Notes: a model not told the origin generated them from the sequence alone. Counted from the stretch's first letter, positions 1-7,922 are shown. The stretch: DNA of 24,000 nt from Sulfolobales archaeon (GCA_035559775.1 DATMAU010000063.1:31489-55488), one strand, 5' to 3'. A program made the numbers and translations.

Positions 1-5
1 TCTGT

Positions 6-1178
6 CTAGTGGAGGATCACTATCTCCCATGCCGGGTGGATCTCTGCCCAGAAACCGTGATCCGTGTCAAGCACGAGGGAGCCTATAACCAGGATCCTAT
101 CCCCAGGTTTAAGCTTACTGACAACATCCCTCATCGCTCCCTGCATCGAGGGCACTACCTCTATATGTAGGTAGCCGTCTCTTAGAACAATGCTGCCGAC
201 AGAGATGTAGTGCGAATATTCAGGATCGACTCTCAGATCTATTGAGAAATCGTTATCATTCGAAGGCCCTGACTGTGTATATATACCCTCCACCACCCCC
301 GTAACACTCACACATGTATCGAGCACCCTGAGCCTCTGAGGCCCCCACACACCACTCTCTATAGTCCCACCACCAGCCACGTTACCCTGAAGACAAGCTG
401 GAGAGGAGTTTTTCTGGAACCACTGCTTAGCCTCAAGCGAGTCTGGGTATAGTGGGTAGAGAAAGTTCCTCACGTTATAGGCGAGGGATATCTGGTTGGT
501 CAGAAGAGAAGCGGGCAGTGCTATCAATACTATTGCCAGGAAAAGGAGAGCTATCCCCGAACCCCTCAGTACCCGTTGCGCGAGCACAGAGTATGATGCG
601 ATAAACAGGATGAGTAGGGAAACCAGAACACCTAGGGGGATTAGGTATGGGGCTGCTGAGAGAAAGACCCCTGTAACAGCTATAAATACTATGACTCCAA
701 GTATTTTTCTATCTAGCCCTGTCCCTCCCTCAACCGCTCTTGCTAAAACATATGCGGGCGGGATAAACACAGCCTCAAAAATGGTCAAGGATACGTTAAT
801 AGCATCACCACCATAGAATCCTAGGCCCAGGAGGGTTGCAACAATCGTGCCAAAGACAGTTGTTACTAACATAGCGCCGAGCGACCCTATCCTAGGTCTA
901 AGGCTTGATAGAATGAAAGCCTGGGCTGTTCTTATAATAATAGCCCCGATAACGGTTAATGCGAAGGCGCTCTGGGTTATACTAATCAGGAGGGCTGCTG
1001 TGGCTGTGCCAATAAATATGCTGGCTGTAGCTAGTACAGGTTTAAAGAGCAGGCCCGCAGCGAAGAGGACAAAAGCGCTTGGTCCATATCCGAAGAAGAG
1101 ATATGGTGTATTTGCAATGCTCAACGAGGTTAGAAAGGAGGCTAGCACGGTTAGTATTAGGCCTAGCGGGATCCTCAT
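6..1178 (-). CDS. Polytopic membrane protein with a C-terminal soluble domain; function unknown
   Basis: Complete 390-aa ORF. The N-terminal ~235 aa is a run of hydrophobic segments (LGLILTVLASFLTSLSI, VLFAAGLLFKPVLATASIFIG, ILGVIVFIAVTGVFLSAAPYLIPLGVLVSLLILFIA). The C-terminal ~150 aa is polar and beta-rich and ends ...GSLVLDTDHGFWAEIHPAWEIVIL. A TATA-like box lies just upstream. I recognised no family by eye. Confidence 0.6.
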   Translation of the reverse strand: MRIPLGLILTVLASFLTSLSIANTPYLFFGYGPSAFVLFAAGLLFKPVLATASIFIGTATAALLISITQSAFALTVIGAIIIRTAQAFILSSLRPRIGSLGAMLVTTVFGTIVATLLGLGFYGGDAINVSLTIFEAVFIPPAYVLARAVEGGTGLDRKILGVIVFIAVTGVFLSAAPYLIPLGVLVSLLILFIASYSVLAQRVLRGSGIALLFLAIVLIALPASLLTNQISLAYNVRNFLYPLYPDSLEAKQWFQKNSSPACLQGNVAGGGTIESGVWGPQRLRVLDTCVSVTGVVEGIYTQSGPSNDNDFSIDLRVDPEYSHYISVGSIVLRDGYLHIEVVPSMQGAMRDVVSKLKPGDRILVIGSLVLDTDHGFWAEIHPAWEIVILH

Positions 1179-1193
1179 TCCAAGCCTCCCCGG

Positions 1194-1202
1194 TATTTAT
1201 AG
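1194..1202 (-). promoter_or_regulatory. TATA-box candidate for the 6-1178 membrane-protein gene
   Basis: The minus strand reads ctataaata and ends 15 nt upstream of the ATG at 1178. This spacing fits a leaderless or very short-leader archaeal mRNA. Confidence 0.4.
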
Positions 1203-1508
1203 CTCTCATTAATTTAAATTTAAGATATATAAAATACAGTTTAAACTAAACAACACGTGCTGGGTTCTTCCTTCTCTAATAGTCTTTAGAGAGTGGTTTC
1301 GAGCTAGAGGGAAAAGCACTATAGAATAGATATATATCTGATGCTTGGTTTCTCTACAGCGCTAAGCATGAGCGTCTACGAGGAAGGGCTAGGGTTCGAG
1401 GAGGTTGGGTAGGGTGGTTGGTGTCAAACGATAGTAGCCACCATAGGATCCTTATCCCTTTAACGAGTTATAGGTGCTTGTTGGTCGATTTACCAAAATA
1501 ACTGCTAG

Positions 1509-1516
1509 TATAAATA
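1509..1516 (+). promoter_or_regulatory. TATA-box candidate for aIF5B
   Basis: tataaata starts 26 nt upstream of ATG 1535, the second codon of the tracked ORF (GTG 1532). A gaggagg SD-like element at 1523-1529 is also present. Confidence 0.4.
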
Positions 1517-1531
1517 TTATTAGAGGAGGCT

Positions 1532-3376
1532 GTGATGGGTGAGGTTAGGAGGCTTAGATCGCCTATAGTTGTTGTCCTAGGCCATGTGGATCATGGGAAA
1601 ACCACTCTGCTTGATAAGATAAGGGGGACGGCTGTTGTTAAGAAAGAGCCTGGGGAGATGACGCAGCATGTTGGTGCTAGTTTTGTCCCAACCCATGTTA
1701 TAGAATCGATAGCGGAGCCTCTCAAGAAGTTCATAAGGTTTAGGCTAAGGATACCGGGGCTTCTATTCATAGATACACCAGGGCATGAGGCTTTTGCGAA
1801 TCTGAGGCGTAGGGGTGGATCTATAGCTGATCTGGCAGTCCTTGTTATCGATATAGTAGATGGTGTCAAGCCCCAAACTATAGAGAGCATAGAGATCCTT
1901 AGGGATAGGAGCGTACCTTTCGTGGTTGCTGCTAACAAGATAGACAAGATACAGGGTTGGAGATCCTTTGAAGACACGCCTTTTATGGAGAGCAGTAAAA
2001 AGCAGGATAAAAGGGTTCTCGAGATTCTTGATAGAAACATTTACTCGATCGTGGGTAGCCTCTCGAGCCTGGGAATAGAGGCTGAGAGGTTCGATAGGGT
2101 GAGGGATTTTAGGAAAACAACCCCCATAGTCCCGGTCTCGGCTAGGACAGGTGAGGGCTTGCCAGAACTACTGGCAGTCCTCGCTGGGATAGCACAGCAG
2201 TATCTGGAGGAGAGGCTAGTCTATGCTGAAGGCCCTGCCAAGGGGGTTGTGCTCGAGGTTAAGGAGGAACAGGGCCTTGGAACGACTATCGATGCTATAG
2301 TATATGATGGTGTTATGAAGAGAGGCGATATAATAGTGCTCGGAGGGTTTGACGGAGCTATAATTACGAAGGTCAGGGCTCTCTTACTACCAAAGCCTCT
2401 GGACGAGATGAGGGCTCCCACGGATAGGTTTAACCATGTGGAAGAGGTCTATGCGGCTGCAGGTGTTAAGATCTCAGCCCCTAATCTTGAGAAAGCAATA
2501 GCTGGATCACCAGTCCTAGTTGCCCAGAGCGAGGAGGAGGCTAAGAGCCTTGCTGCAAAGATCTCTGAGGAGATAGGATCCCTGAGGATCTCCTCCCAAG
2601 ACACCCTAGGGCTTGTGGTTAAAGCAGATACTCTGGGGACACTCGAAGCCCTTGTATCAATGCTTAAGAAGAGAAACATACCTATTAGAATCGCAGATGT
2701 AGGGCCGCTATCCAAGAGGGAGGCTATAGAGGCTGCAGTAGTGTCTAAGGATAATAGATACCTAGGCGCTGTCCTCCTCTTCAACGTAGGTGTTAACAGC
2801 GATGCCGAAGAGATCCTCAGGGGATCCGGTGTGAAAACGTTCCAGGGAAACATAATCTATAGACTGGTGGAGGACTACATTGAATGGGTTAATGAGGAGA
2901 AGAGGAAAGAGAGGGAGAGAGAGCTTGAGAAGCTTGTGAGGGCTGGTAAGCTAAGGATCATACCGGGCTATGTGTTCAGAAGAAGCGATCCAGCAATAGT
3001 GGGTGTAGAGATCCTCGGAGGAGTTATAAGACCCGGCTATCCACTAATGAGAGAGGATGGTAGAAGCCTTGGAACTATAATGCAGATCCAGGATGCTGGG
3101 AAAACCATAAATATAGCTAGAACAGGGATGTCTGTTGCGATCTCTATTAGGGGTAACATATTGATAGGGAGGCATGTGAACGAGGGCGACATAATATATA
3201 CAGATATCCCTGAGAACCATGTGAACGAGCTCGTAGAACGATTTGCACAGGATCTCAGCAACGACGAGCTACTGGTTCTAAAAGAAATAATAGAGATAAA
3301 GAGAAAGAGTAATAAGCTATTCGCAACATCATCCTATATAAAGCTCCTACAAATCCTTGGTAAGGGCGCGAAATAG
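1532..3376 (+). CDS. infB: Translation initiation factor aIF5B (IF-2 family GTPase)
   Basis: 614 aa. GTPase motifs are G1 GHVDHGKT, G3 DTPGH and G4 NKID, followed by the beta-barrel and C-terminal domains typical of aIF5B/eIF5B. The start is probably ATG 1535 rather than GTG 1532. Confidence 0.95.
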   Translation: MMGEVRRLRSPIVVVLGHVDHGKTTLLDKIRGTAVVKKEPGEMTQHVGASFVPTHVIESIAEPLKKFIRFRLRIPGLLFIDTPGHEAFANLRRRGGSIADLAVLVIDIVDGVKPQTIESIEILRDRSVPFVVAANKIDKIQGWRSFEDTPFMESSKKQDKRVLEILDRNIYSIVGSLSSLGIEAERFDRVRDFRKTTPIVPVSARTGEGLPELLAVLAGIAQQYLEERLVYAEGPAKGVVLEVKEEQGLGTTIDAIVYDGVMKRGDIIVLGGFDGAIITKVRALLLPKPLDEMRAPTDRFNHVEEVYAAAGVKISAPNLEKAIAGSPVLVAQSEEEAKSLAAKISEEIGSLRISSQDTLGLVVKADTLGTLEALVSMLKKRNIPIRIADVGPLSKREAIEAAVVSKDNRYLGAVLLFNVGVNSDAEEILRGSGVKTFQGNIIYRLVEDYIEWVNEEKRKERERELEKLVRAGKLRIIPGYVFRRSDPAIVGVEILGGVIRPGYPLMREDGRSLGTIMQIQDAGKTINIARTGMSVAISIRGNILIGRHVNEGDIIYTDIPENHVNELVERFAQDLSNDELLVLKEIIEIKRKSNKLFATSSYIKLLQILGKGAK

Positions 3377-3421
3377 CCTAGCTGGTATAAAAGGGATAGA
3401 TGGCGCTATAAGGGAAAGGGC

Positions 3422-3426
3422 TTTTT
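3422..3426 (+). terminator. Oligo-T tract downstream of infB (candidate archaeal terminator)
   Basis: T5 (cTTTTTg) lies 46 nt after the infB stop (3374-3376) and is followed by tgtttgtt. Archaeal RNAP terminates at oligo-T runs. Confidence 0.35.
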
Positions 3427-3530
3427 GCTCTGTTTGTTACGGGTATTAAAGGATATAAAGATCTATCGACCGGTATCTAGGGTTAAACGGATAGTCTGCA
3501 CAATATATATGGGGACTGAGAGGAGTAGAG

Positions 3531-3536
3531 AAAAAA
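3531..3536 (-). terminator. Oligo-T tract downstream of mdh (candidate archaeal terminator)
   Basis: A6 on the plus strand equals T6 on the minus strand, 4 nt after the mdh stop codon (3541-3543, minus). infB and mdh are convergent. Confidence 0.4.
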
Positions 3537-3540
3537 CTAG

Positions 3541-4467
3541 CTATCCTAGGTATTTTGGAGGTATCTGGGCTATGTTTTTCCTTATAGCGTCCACACTCTC
3601 GTCCAGGAGTTGCTTCTCTCTATCGTTGAGCGGTAGTTCTATGATCTTCTTAATACCGCCTCTTCCGAGGACTACTGGCACATTTACACAGACATCTTTA
3701 TAGCCGTACTCTCCGTTTAGGCAGGCGCTGGCTAGGTAGACCCTGTTCTGATCCTTCTTTACAGACTCGGACATTATTGCTAGACCAGCTCCTGGACCGT
3801 AGCTGGAGCTATAGCCCCTAAGCTCTATTATCCTAGCACCAGCCTGTATAGTCTCTCTAGTAATCTCCTCTACATCCTTCTCGCTAAGAATCTCGGTTAG
3901 GGGTTTCCCCATAACTGTTGATAGTCTCGGGAGTGGGAGCATCTTCTCACCATGCTGCCCTATAACTATCGCCTCTATAGATGCTGGGGATATGGAGAGC
4001 TTTCTAGATATATAGTACTTCATCCTACCAGAATCGAGAACACCGCTGAAGCCTATGATCCTCTCGCGCGGGAAGCCTGTTGCTCTGTATAACAGGTAGA
4101 CCATTGCATCAAGCGGGTTGGTGGTTATTATGTTAACAGAGTTTGGTGCGTATTCAGCAACCTTTCTAGCTATGTCTACGACAACCTCAGCATTCTTAGC
4201 AACAAGCTCCTCTCTTGTCATTCCAGGGCCTCTTGGAAAACCGGCTGTTATTAGAACTATGTCAGCACCACTCATATCCCTATAATCATTAGAACCTGTA
4301 ACACTTACGCTCTTACCAAGTATGGATAAGGCATGGGCTAGATCTAGGGCCTCACCCTGAGGCCTCCCCTTAATTACATCTATCAATACTATATCGTCTA
4401 GCTCCATCATTGATATATAAATCGCTGCTGCAGCACCAACTCTCCCAGCACCTATTATTGCAATCAC
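3541..4467 (-). CDS. mdh: Malate dehydrogenase (LDH-like MDH family)
   Basis: 308 aa. It has the N-terminal Rossmann motif IAIIGAGRVGAAAA and the substrate loop ITAGFPRGPGMTREEL. Arg at the discriminating position favours MDH over LDH. The catalytic-region sequence GQHGEKMLPL is present. The start codon is GTG. Confidence 0.9.
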   Translation of the reverse strand: MIAIIGAGRVGAAAAIYISMMELDDIVLIDVIKGRPQGEALDLAHALSILGKSVSVTGSNDYRDMSGADIVLITAGFPRGPGMTREELVAKNAEVVVDIARKVAEYAPNSVNIITTNPLDAMVYLLYRATGFPRERIIGFSGVLDSGRMKYYISRKLSISPASIEAIVIGQHGEKMLPLPRLSTVMGKPLTEILSEKDVEEITRETIQAGARIIELRGYSSSYGPGAGLAIMSESVKKDQNRVYLASACLNGEYGYKDVCVNVPVVLGRGGIKKIIELPLNDREKQLLDESVDAIRKNIAQIPPKYLG

Positions 4468-4501
4468 ACAAAAACACCCCTGAATACAATTCGTTCAAAC
4501 C

Positions 4502-4511
4502 AATATAAATT
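4502..4511 (-). promoter_or_regulatory. TATA-box candidate for mdh
   Basis: The minus strand reads aatttatatt about 35-40 nt upstream of GTG 4467. An SD-like aggggtg (4475-4481 on plus, as cacccct) sits 7 nt before the start. Confidence 0.35.
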
Positions 4512-4854
4512 AGGTTATACTTATTGGACTCTAACGGAACCGCATAGCGGACTGAGCGAATCACAACCTATATATAATCTCGATCTATGAATTGCTATGT
4601 TTATATGAGGAATCGTTAGATCTATATGTAAGTTTTGGATTACAGGGAGTTCGGGTTTCATTGCTGTTGTTTTGATATTAATCGCTCTTTCTTTGGATTT
4701 CTTTCATCTGAATCTTTATCCCTTGGTTTCTACTTGTTCGGTGTGATCTCTATTAATAGCTTTCTTCATAGCTTTGTTCTGGTTTGCTGGTGTGGGCTGT
4801 TTTCTTTTTGATATACATAGTGAGGATTGATAGGCTTTGGAAATTTTCATGGGT

Positions 4855-5100
4855 ATTGGGGCATGCCCGAAGATTATTTCCCGCCAACGCCTGGGTATCT
4901 ATAGGCCTTGAAAGGTATTGCCCTCGGTGCTGGGTCTCCCCACACAGGCCTCGGGTGGCGATGGGAGCATTGCTACAAGCCATCTTGGGGATGATCCCTC
5001 AAGTCTAGATGGAAGGCCAAACGCCGTTTGGCTCGACGGCCGCCCATGACCCTGCAGGATCAGAGATCCTGCTGGTAGAGGTTGAAGTCCCTGGATAAGA
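4855..5100 (+). ncRNA. Unclassified structured-RNA candidate (G+C-rich hairpin block; identity and strand not resolved)
   Basis: The block lies inside the only long gene-free gap (4468-5307, 840 nt). It is visibly more G+C-rich than its A/T-rich flanks. Consecutive plus-strand hairpins by eye are: the palindrome gggcatgccc at 4859-4868; 4927-4945 (GUGCUGGG/UCUC/CCCACAC); 4955-4976 (9 bp closing a GGAG tetraloop); 4980-5012 (CCAUCU...AGAUGG with an inner GGGG/CCC stem); 5016-5032 (GCCAAAC/GCC/GUUUGGC); and 5054-5072 (GCAGGAUC/AGA/GAUCCUGC). The overlapping ORFs look non-biological. Confidence 0.35.
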
Positions 5101-5307
5101 CCATGAAACTTTTAGCCTGTCTGCGTTTTCATCCATGATTGTTGGGCGGTTATTGCTATAATTCTATTTTCAGATTATAAGCATATATTTGCAGAACTAC
5201 GGATTTAACACCGCCCCTTATATATCCTCATGAAATCCGAAACAGTTGGCTACGGCTTAATACCAGCTAATATTAACTCTTGAGTGTAGATTTATTATTG
5301 GTGGAGC

Positions 5308-6510
5308 ATGTTCATTAAATTTGATGGGATAGTAATATTATCAGCCGTGAGAACCCCTATAGGTAAGTTTGGAAAAACACTAAGGGATCTAAAGGCGTCA
5401 GAGCTAGGATCTATAGCTATAAGGGAAGCTATCTCAAGAGCAGAGATAGATCCAGGGGATATAGGGCTCATAGCTATGGGGAACGTGATAAGGGCTGGAG
5501 GCGGTATGTTGACATCAAAGCAAGCAGCAATCCTGGCAGGGCTTCCACCAACAATAGATTGTATGAACATAGATATGGTGTGCTCCTCAGGCATGGCCTC
5601 TATAGCGACAGCAGCACTATATCTCGATAAAGGAGCTGCAAAGATAGCCATAGCCGGTGGTATGGAGAGCATGAGCAGCTCGCCCTACCTAATACCCTCG
5701 CAGACTAGATGGGGGGTTCCGCATCTAACCAATAGGAGCCTCAGTATAGCGGACGCGATGCTTGTCGATGGGCTGATAGACCCGTTCACTGGATATCATA
5801 TGGGCAAGATAGCAGATCTCTATGCAAGAAGGGTTGGAGCGTCTAGAGAGGATCTAGATCTAATAGCCCTTGAAAGCCATATGAGGGCAGCCAAAGCCAG
5901 AGACGCCGGGATCTTCTTTAAAGAGATAATTCCTATAAGGATCTCTAGGAACGGAGCTGAGGTCTATCTCGATAGGGATGAAGGGATCAAGGAAGATGTG
6001 ACGCTCGATAAACTTCGATCTCTAAACCCTGTATTCACACCAGAGGGCCCCCATACAGCAGGAAGCTCATCCCAGCTGAGCGATGGGGCAGCGGCTCTCG
6101 TCCTGGCTAGGGAGGACTATGCTAGGGAGAGGGGTTATAAGCCTATTGCGAGGCTTGTAGCTTATTCAAGCGTTGATACGAGGTCCGAGGATTTTCCATG
6201 GGCCCCTGTCCCCGCTGTGAGGGAGCTCGTCAAAGGTCTGGGGATCGAGCTCTCGTCAGTGGATCTCTATGAGAACAACGAGGCCTTCGCAGTATCCACA
6301 TATATATTTGTAAAAGAGCTCGGGATCTCGATGTCAAGGCTTAATGTTCATGGAGGTGCAATAGCACTAGGCCACCCGTTGGGGGCGACGGGGGCAAGGC
6401 TAACAACGACCCTGATCAATGCTCTGATGATAAGGGGTGGTAGGAGAGGCATAGCTTCGATGTGCCATGGTTTGGGAGGAGCTACTGCCCTGATGATCGA
6501 GATCCTCTGA
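5308..6510 (+). CDS. Acetyl-CoA C-acetyltransferase (thiolase II family)
   Basis: 400 aa. The nucleophile-Cys motif is DMVCSSGMASI. The C-terminal catalytic motifs are NEAFA, HGGAIALGHPLGATG and MCHGLGGA. An SD-like ggtgga lies 3 nt upstream of the ATG. Confidence 0.93.
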   Translation: MFIKFDGIVILSAVRTPIGKFGKTLRDLKASELGSIAIREAISRAEIDPGDIGLIAMGNVIRAGGGMLTSKQAAILAGLPPTIDCMNIDMVCSSGMASIATAALYLDKGAAKIAIAGGMESMSSSPYLIPSQTRWGVPHLTNRSLSIADAMLVDGLIDPFTGYHMGKIADLYARRVGASREDLDLIALESHMRAAKARDAGIFFKEIIPIRISRNGAEVYLDRDEGIKEDVTLDKLRSLNPVFTPEGPHTAGSSSQLSDGAAALVLAREDYARERGYKPIARLVAYSSVDTRSEDFPWAPVPAVRELVKGLGIELSSVDLYENNEAFAVSTYIFVKELGISMSRLNVHGGAIALGHPLGATGARLTTTLINALMIRGGRRGIASMCHGLGGATALMIEIL

Positions 6511-6514
6511 CTGG

Positions 6515-6790
6515 CTAGGCTTCTTGTCCAGGGCTTTCTGGCTCTTTCCCAGACCCGCATCTCTGCCTCTCAAGGCTGAATATGGTTGGCGAGATCCACA
6601 TTATCCAGGCTGGTATTTTTTTCACAAACTCGTATGCCTGCTCCCAGCTCTCAAGCCCGAGATCCTGTGCTAGTCTCTCCAGGCTATACTCCATTTTAAC
6701 ATAGTTGTTCAGGATCCTCACTATATCCTCGTTAATCTCTATCCTCTTACCCCCAACCTCGATATATATCGGGTCGCACAGCGAGCTCAA
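6515..6790 (-). CDS. Small conserved-looking hypothetical protein (91 aa)
   Basis: TTG start with gtataaac about 28 nt upstream. The composition is balanced and has a helical segment, EYSLERLAQDLGLESWEQAYEFVKKIP. It sits directly downstream of spt5, where rpl11 is usually found. No family recognised. Confidence 0.4.
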   Translation of the reverse strand: MSSLCDPIYIEVGGKRIEINEDIVRILNNYVKMEYSLERLAQDLGLESWEQAYEFVKKIPAWIMWISPTIFSLERQRCGSGKEPESPGQEA

Positions 6791-6859
6791 TAGGGAACCC
6801 TCGTGCTAGTTTATACGGATAGGAGCCTATAAAGATAACACGTGATCCCAGAATGGATA

Positions 6860-7363
6860 TCACTGCTGTTTCAGGGGCTTGAGATACTCTGCTGGGACTG
6901 TTATGTTCATGGGGAACTGGGACTCAACTATAGCTACAGTGACCTCCATCCTACTCTTATCAATGCTCTGTATGGTTCCCCTAAGCCCTCTGAAGGGGCC
7001 TGCGATGATCTCCACTATCATTTTCTCCTTAAGCTCCTCTATTATTGGGACAGGCTTGAGCATTACCTCGAGATCCTTGAAGCTAACAGCACCCGCAGCC
7101 TTCCCCTTAACATGCTTTATATCTTTCACAGCCTGGTAAACCATGTGGAGGCTGGGAACCTCTAGGATTATATAGCCCTTTATCCCTGGGGGCACTACGA
7201 TAGCCCTTACATCTATCTTTCTCCCACCACTTGTTTTAGACGATTCTACGAGCATCTCGATCATTAGGGCAACATTTTCCTCCTGACCCCCCGTTGTCCT
7301 CATGGCGAACAGCTGTGTTACGCCCTTCTTCTCTGTCTTTTCTCCCTCACCCTGTGTGCTCAA
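6860..7363 (-). CDS. spt5: Transcription elongation factor Spt5 (archaeal NusG)
   Basis: 167 aa. The NGN domain is LFAMRTTGGQEENVALMI...GYIILEV and the C-terminal KOW motif is IAGPFRGLRGTIQSIDKSRMEVTV. The TTG start overlaps the secE stop (TTGA). Confidence 0.9.
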   Translation of the reverse strand: MSTQGEGEKTEKKGVTQLFAMRTTGGQEENVALMIEMLVESSKTSGGRKIDVRAIVVPPGIKGYIILEVPSLHMVYQAVKDIKHVKGKAAGAVSFKDLEVMLKPVPIIEELKEKMIVEIIAGPFRGLRGTIQSIDKSRMEVTVAIVESQFPMNITVPAEYLKPLKQQ

Positions 7364-7533
7364 CCGGTACCACCGCTTAGCATGAATATAACTATGGATC
7401 TTATTGTGAATGCTATCGCACCTACGAGGAAGAGTCCAAGAAATATTATTTTTAGGAAGAGCCTGTACTCTTCATCGTCAGGCCTCCTAGCCAGCTCAAG
7501 GATCTTTCTCCATGTCTCGATTATGGATGACAT
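7360..7533 (-). CDS. secE: Preprotein translocase subunit SecE (Sec61-gamma)
   Basis: Not in the ORF track (57 aa). My translation of the minus strand from ATG 7533 is MSSIIETWRKILELARRPDDEEYRLFLKIIFLGLFLVGAIAFTIRSIVIFMLSGGTG*. It shows the typical (R/K)P...EY motif followed by a single TM helix, and it lies in the conserved secE-spt5 position with a 4-nt TTGA overlap. Confidence 0.8.
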   Translation of the reverse strand: MSSIIETWRKILELARRPDDEEYRLFLKIIFLGLFLVGAIAFTIRSIVIFMLSGGTG

Positions 7534-7922
7534 GGTGCTCTAAATAGAATATTGCATGGGGATTATAATAGCTTAACCCAGATCCAGGACTGCTCTCTTA
7601 CCAATAATAAGAAAGATCTATTCTTCGATCTACATGGTCTTTGCTATAGGTTGCTTTTATACTACCTCTGGGTTATGGTGAGAGTGATGATGGGGAATGC
7701 TCTAATCGGTCTAGAGAGTGATCTCTCAGTAGACGGAGGCTCGGCTATATTTGGTTAGTGCAAACCATGATCCTGCGGCGATGGGGTCTTTATAGACTGG
7801 ATGGGTTTTCCTTGATGCGAGAAATATCACATTGTCTAAAAGGTATTTATCCACACAAGGTGGGAGGGTACCAGGGCTGATCACGGATACATTTATCATT
7901 AATACCCACTAGAAAATACTAT

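Noticed and set aside
496-1212. Plus-strand ORFs 496-816 and 847-1212 from the six-frame track
   Set aside because: They lie entirely antisense to the well-formed 390-aa membrane-protein gene. Their Arg/Pro/Ala/Thr-rich composition is typical of shadow frames, and they have no recognisable motifs or promoter.
1386-1410. tRNA-like T-loop sequence GGGTTCGAGG near 1392-1401
   Set aside because: There are no flanking 5-bp T-stem complements, no acceptor or D-arm partners and no anticodon arm. It is not a tRNA.
1591-3261. Minus-strand ORFs inside infB (1591-2040, 2221-2421, 2449-2853, 3037-3261)
   Set aside because: They are antisense shadows of the strongly supported aIF5B gene. They are Ser/Leu/Pro-rich with no motifs.
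3425-3703. ORF 3425-3703 (+), 92 aa
   Set aside because: It runs from the infB-mdh spacer into the antisense strand of the mdh 3' end. Its composition is implausible and it crosses the two oligo-T terminator candidates.
4753-5008. ORFs 4753-4983 (-) and 4784-5008 (+) in the long gap
   Set aside because: They are mutually antisense, rich in Cys/Arg/His/Trp/Pro, and coincide with the hairpin-dense G+C-rich block. An RNA gene explains the region better than a protein does.
4855-5100. Calling the G+C-rich block SRP (7S) RNA outright
   Set aside because: A GGAG-capped stem at 4955-4976 resembles SRP helix 6. However, I could not find the universally conserved helix-8 arrangement (3 bp, GNRA, 3 bp, AGCA opposite an AGG-type loop) on the plus strand. 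The minus-strand GGG-GAGA-CCC-AGCA at 4927-4945 pairs canonically instead of forming the symmetric loop. There is no UGUAA-type Alu-domain loop, and the block (~245 nt) is short for an archaeal SRP RNA. It is left unclassified pending cmsearch.
7552-7758. ORF 7552-7758 (+) and a possible C/D-box sRNA starting at GUGAUGA (7684-7690)
   Set aside because: The ORF has a non-ATG start, odd composition and no promoter logic. The C-box-like GUGAUGA is not followed by CUGA D'/D boxes at the required ~12-nt spacing (it reads UAAU and AGGC instead). The 389-nt secE-to-7923 spacer remains unexplained, but I cannot support a feature there.
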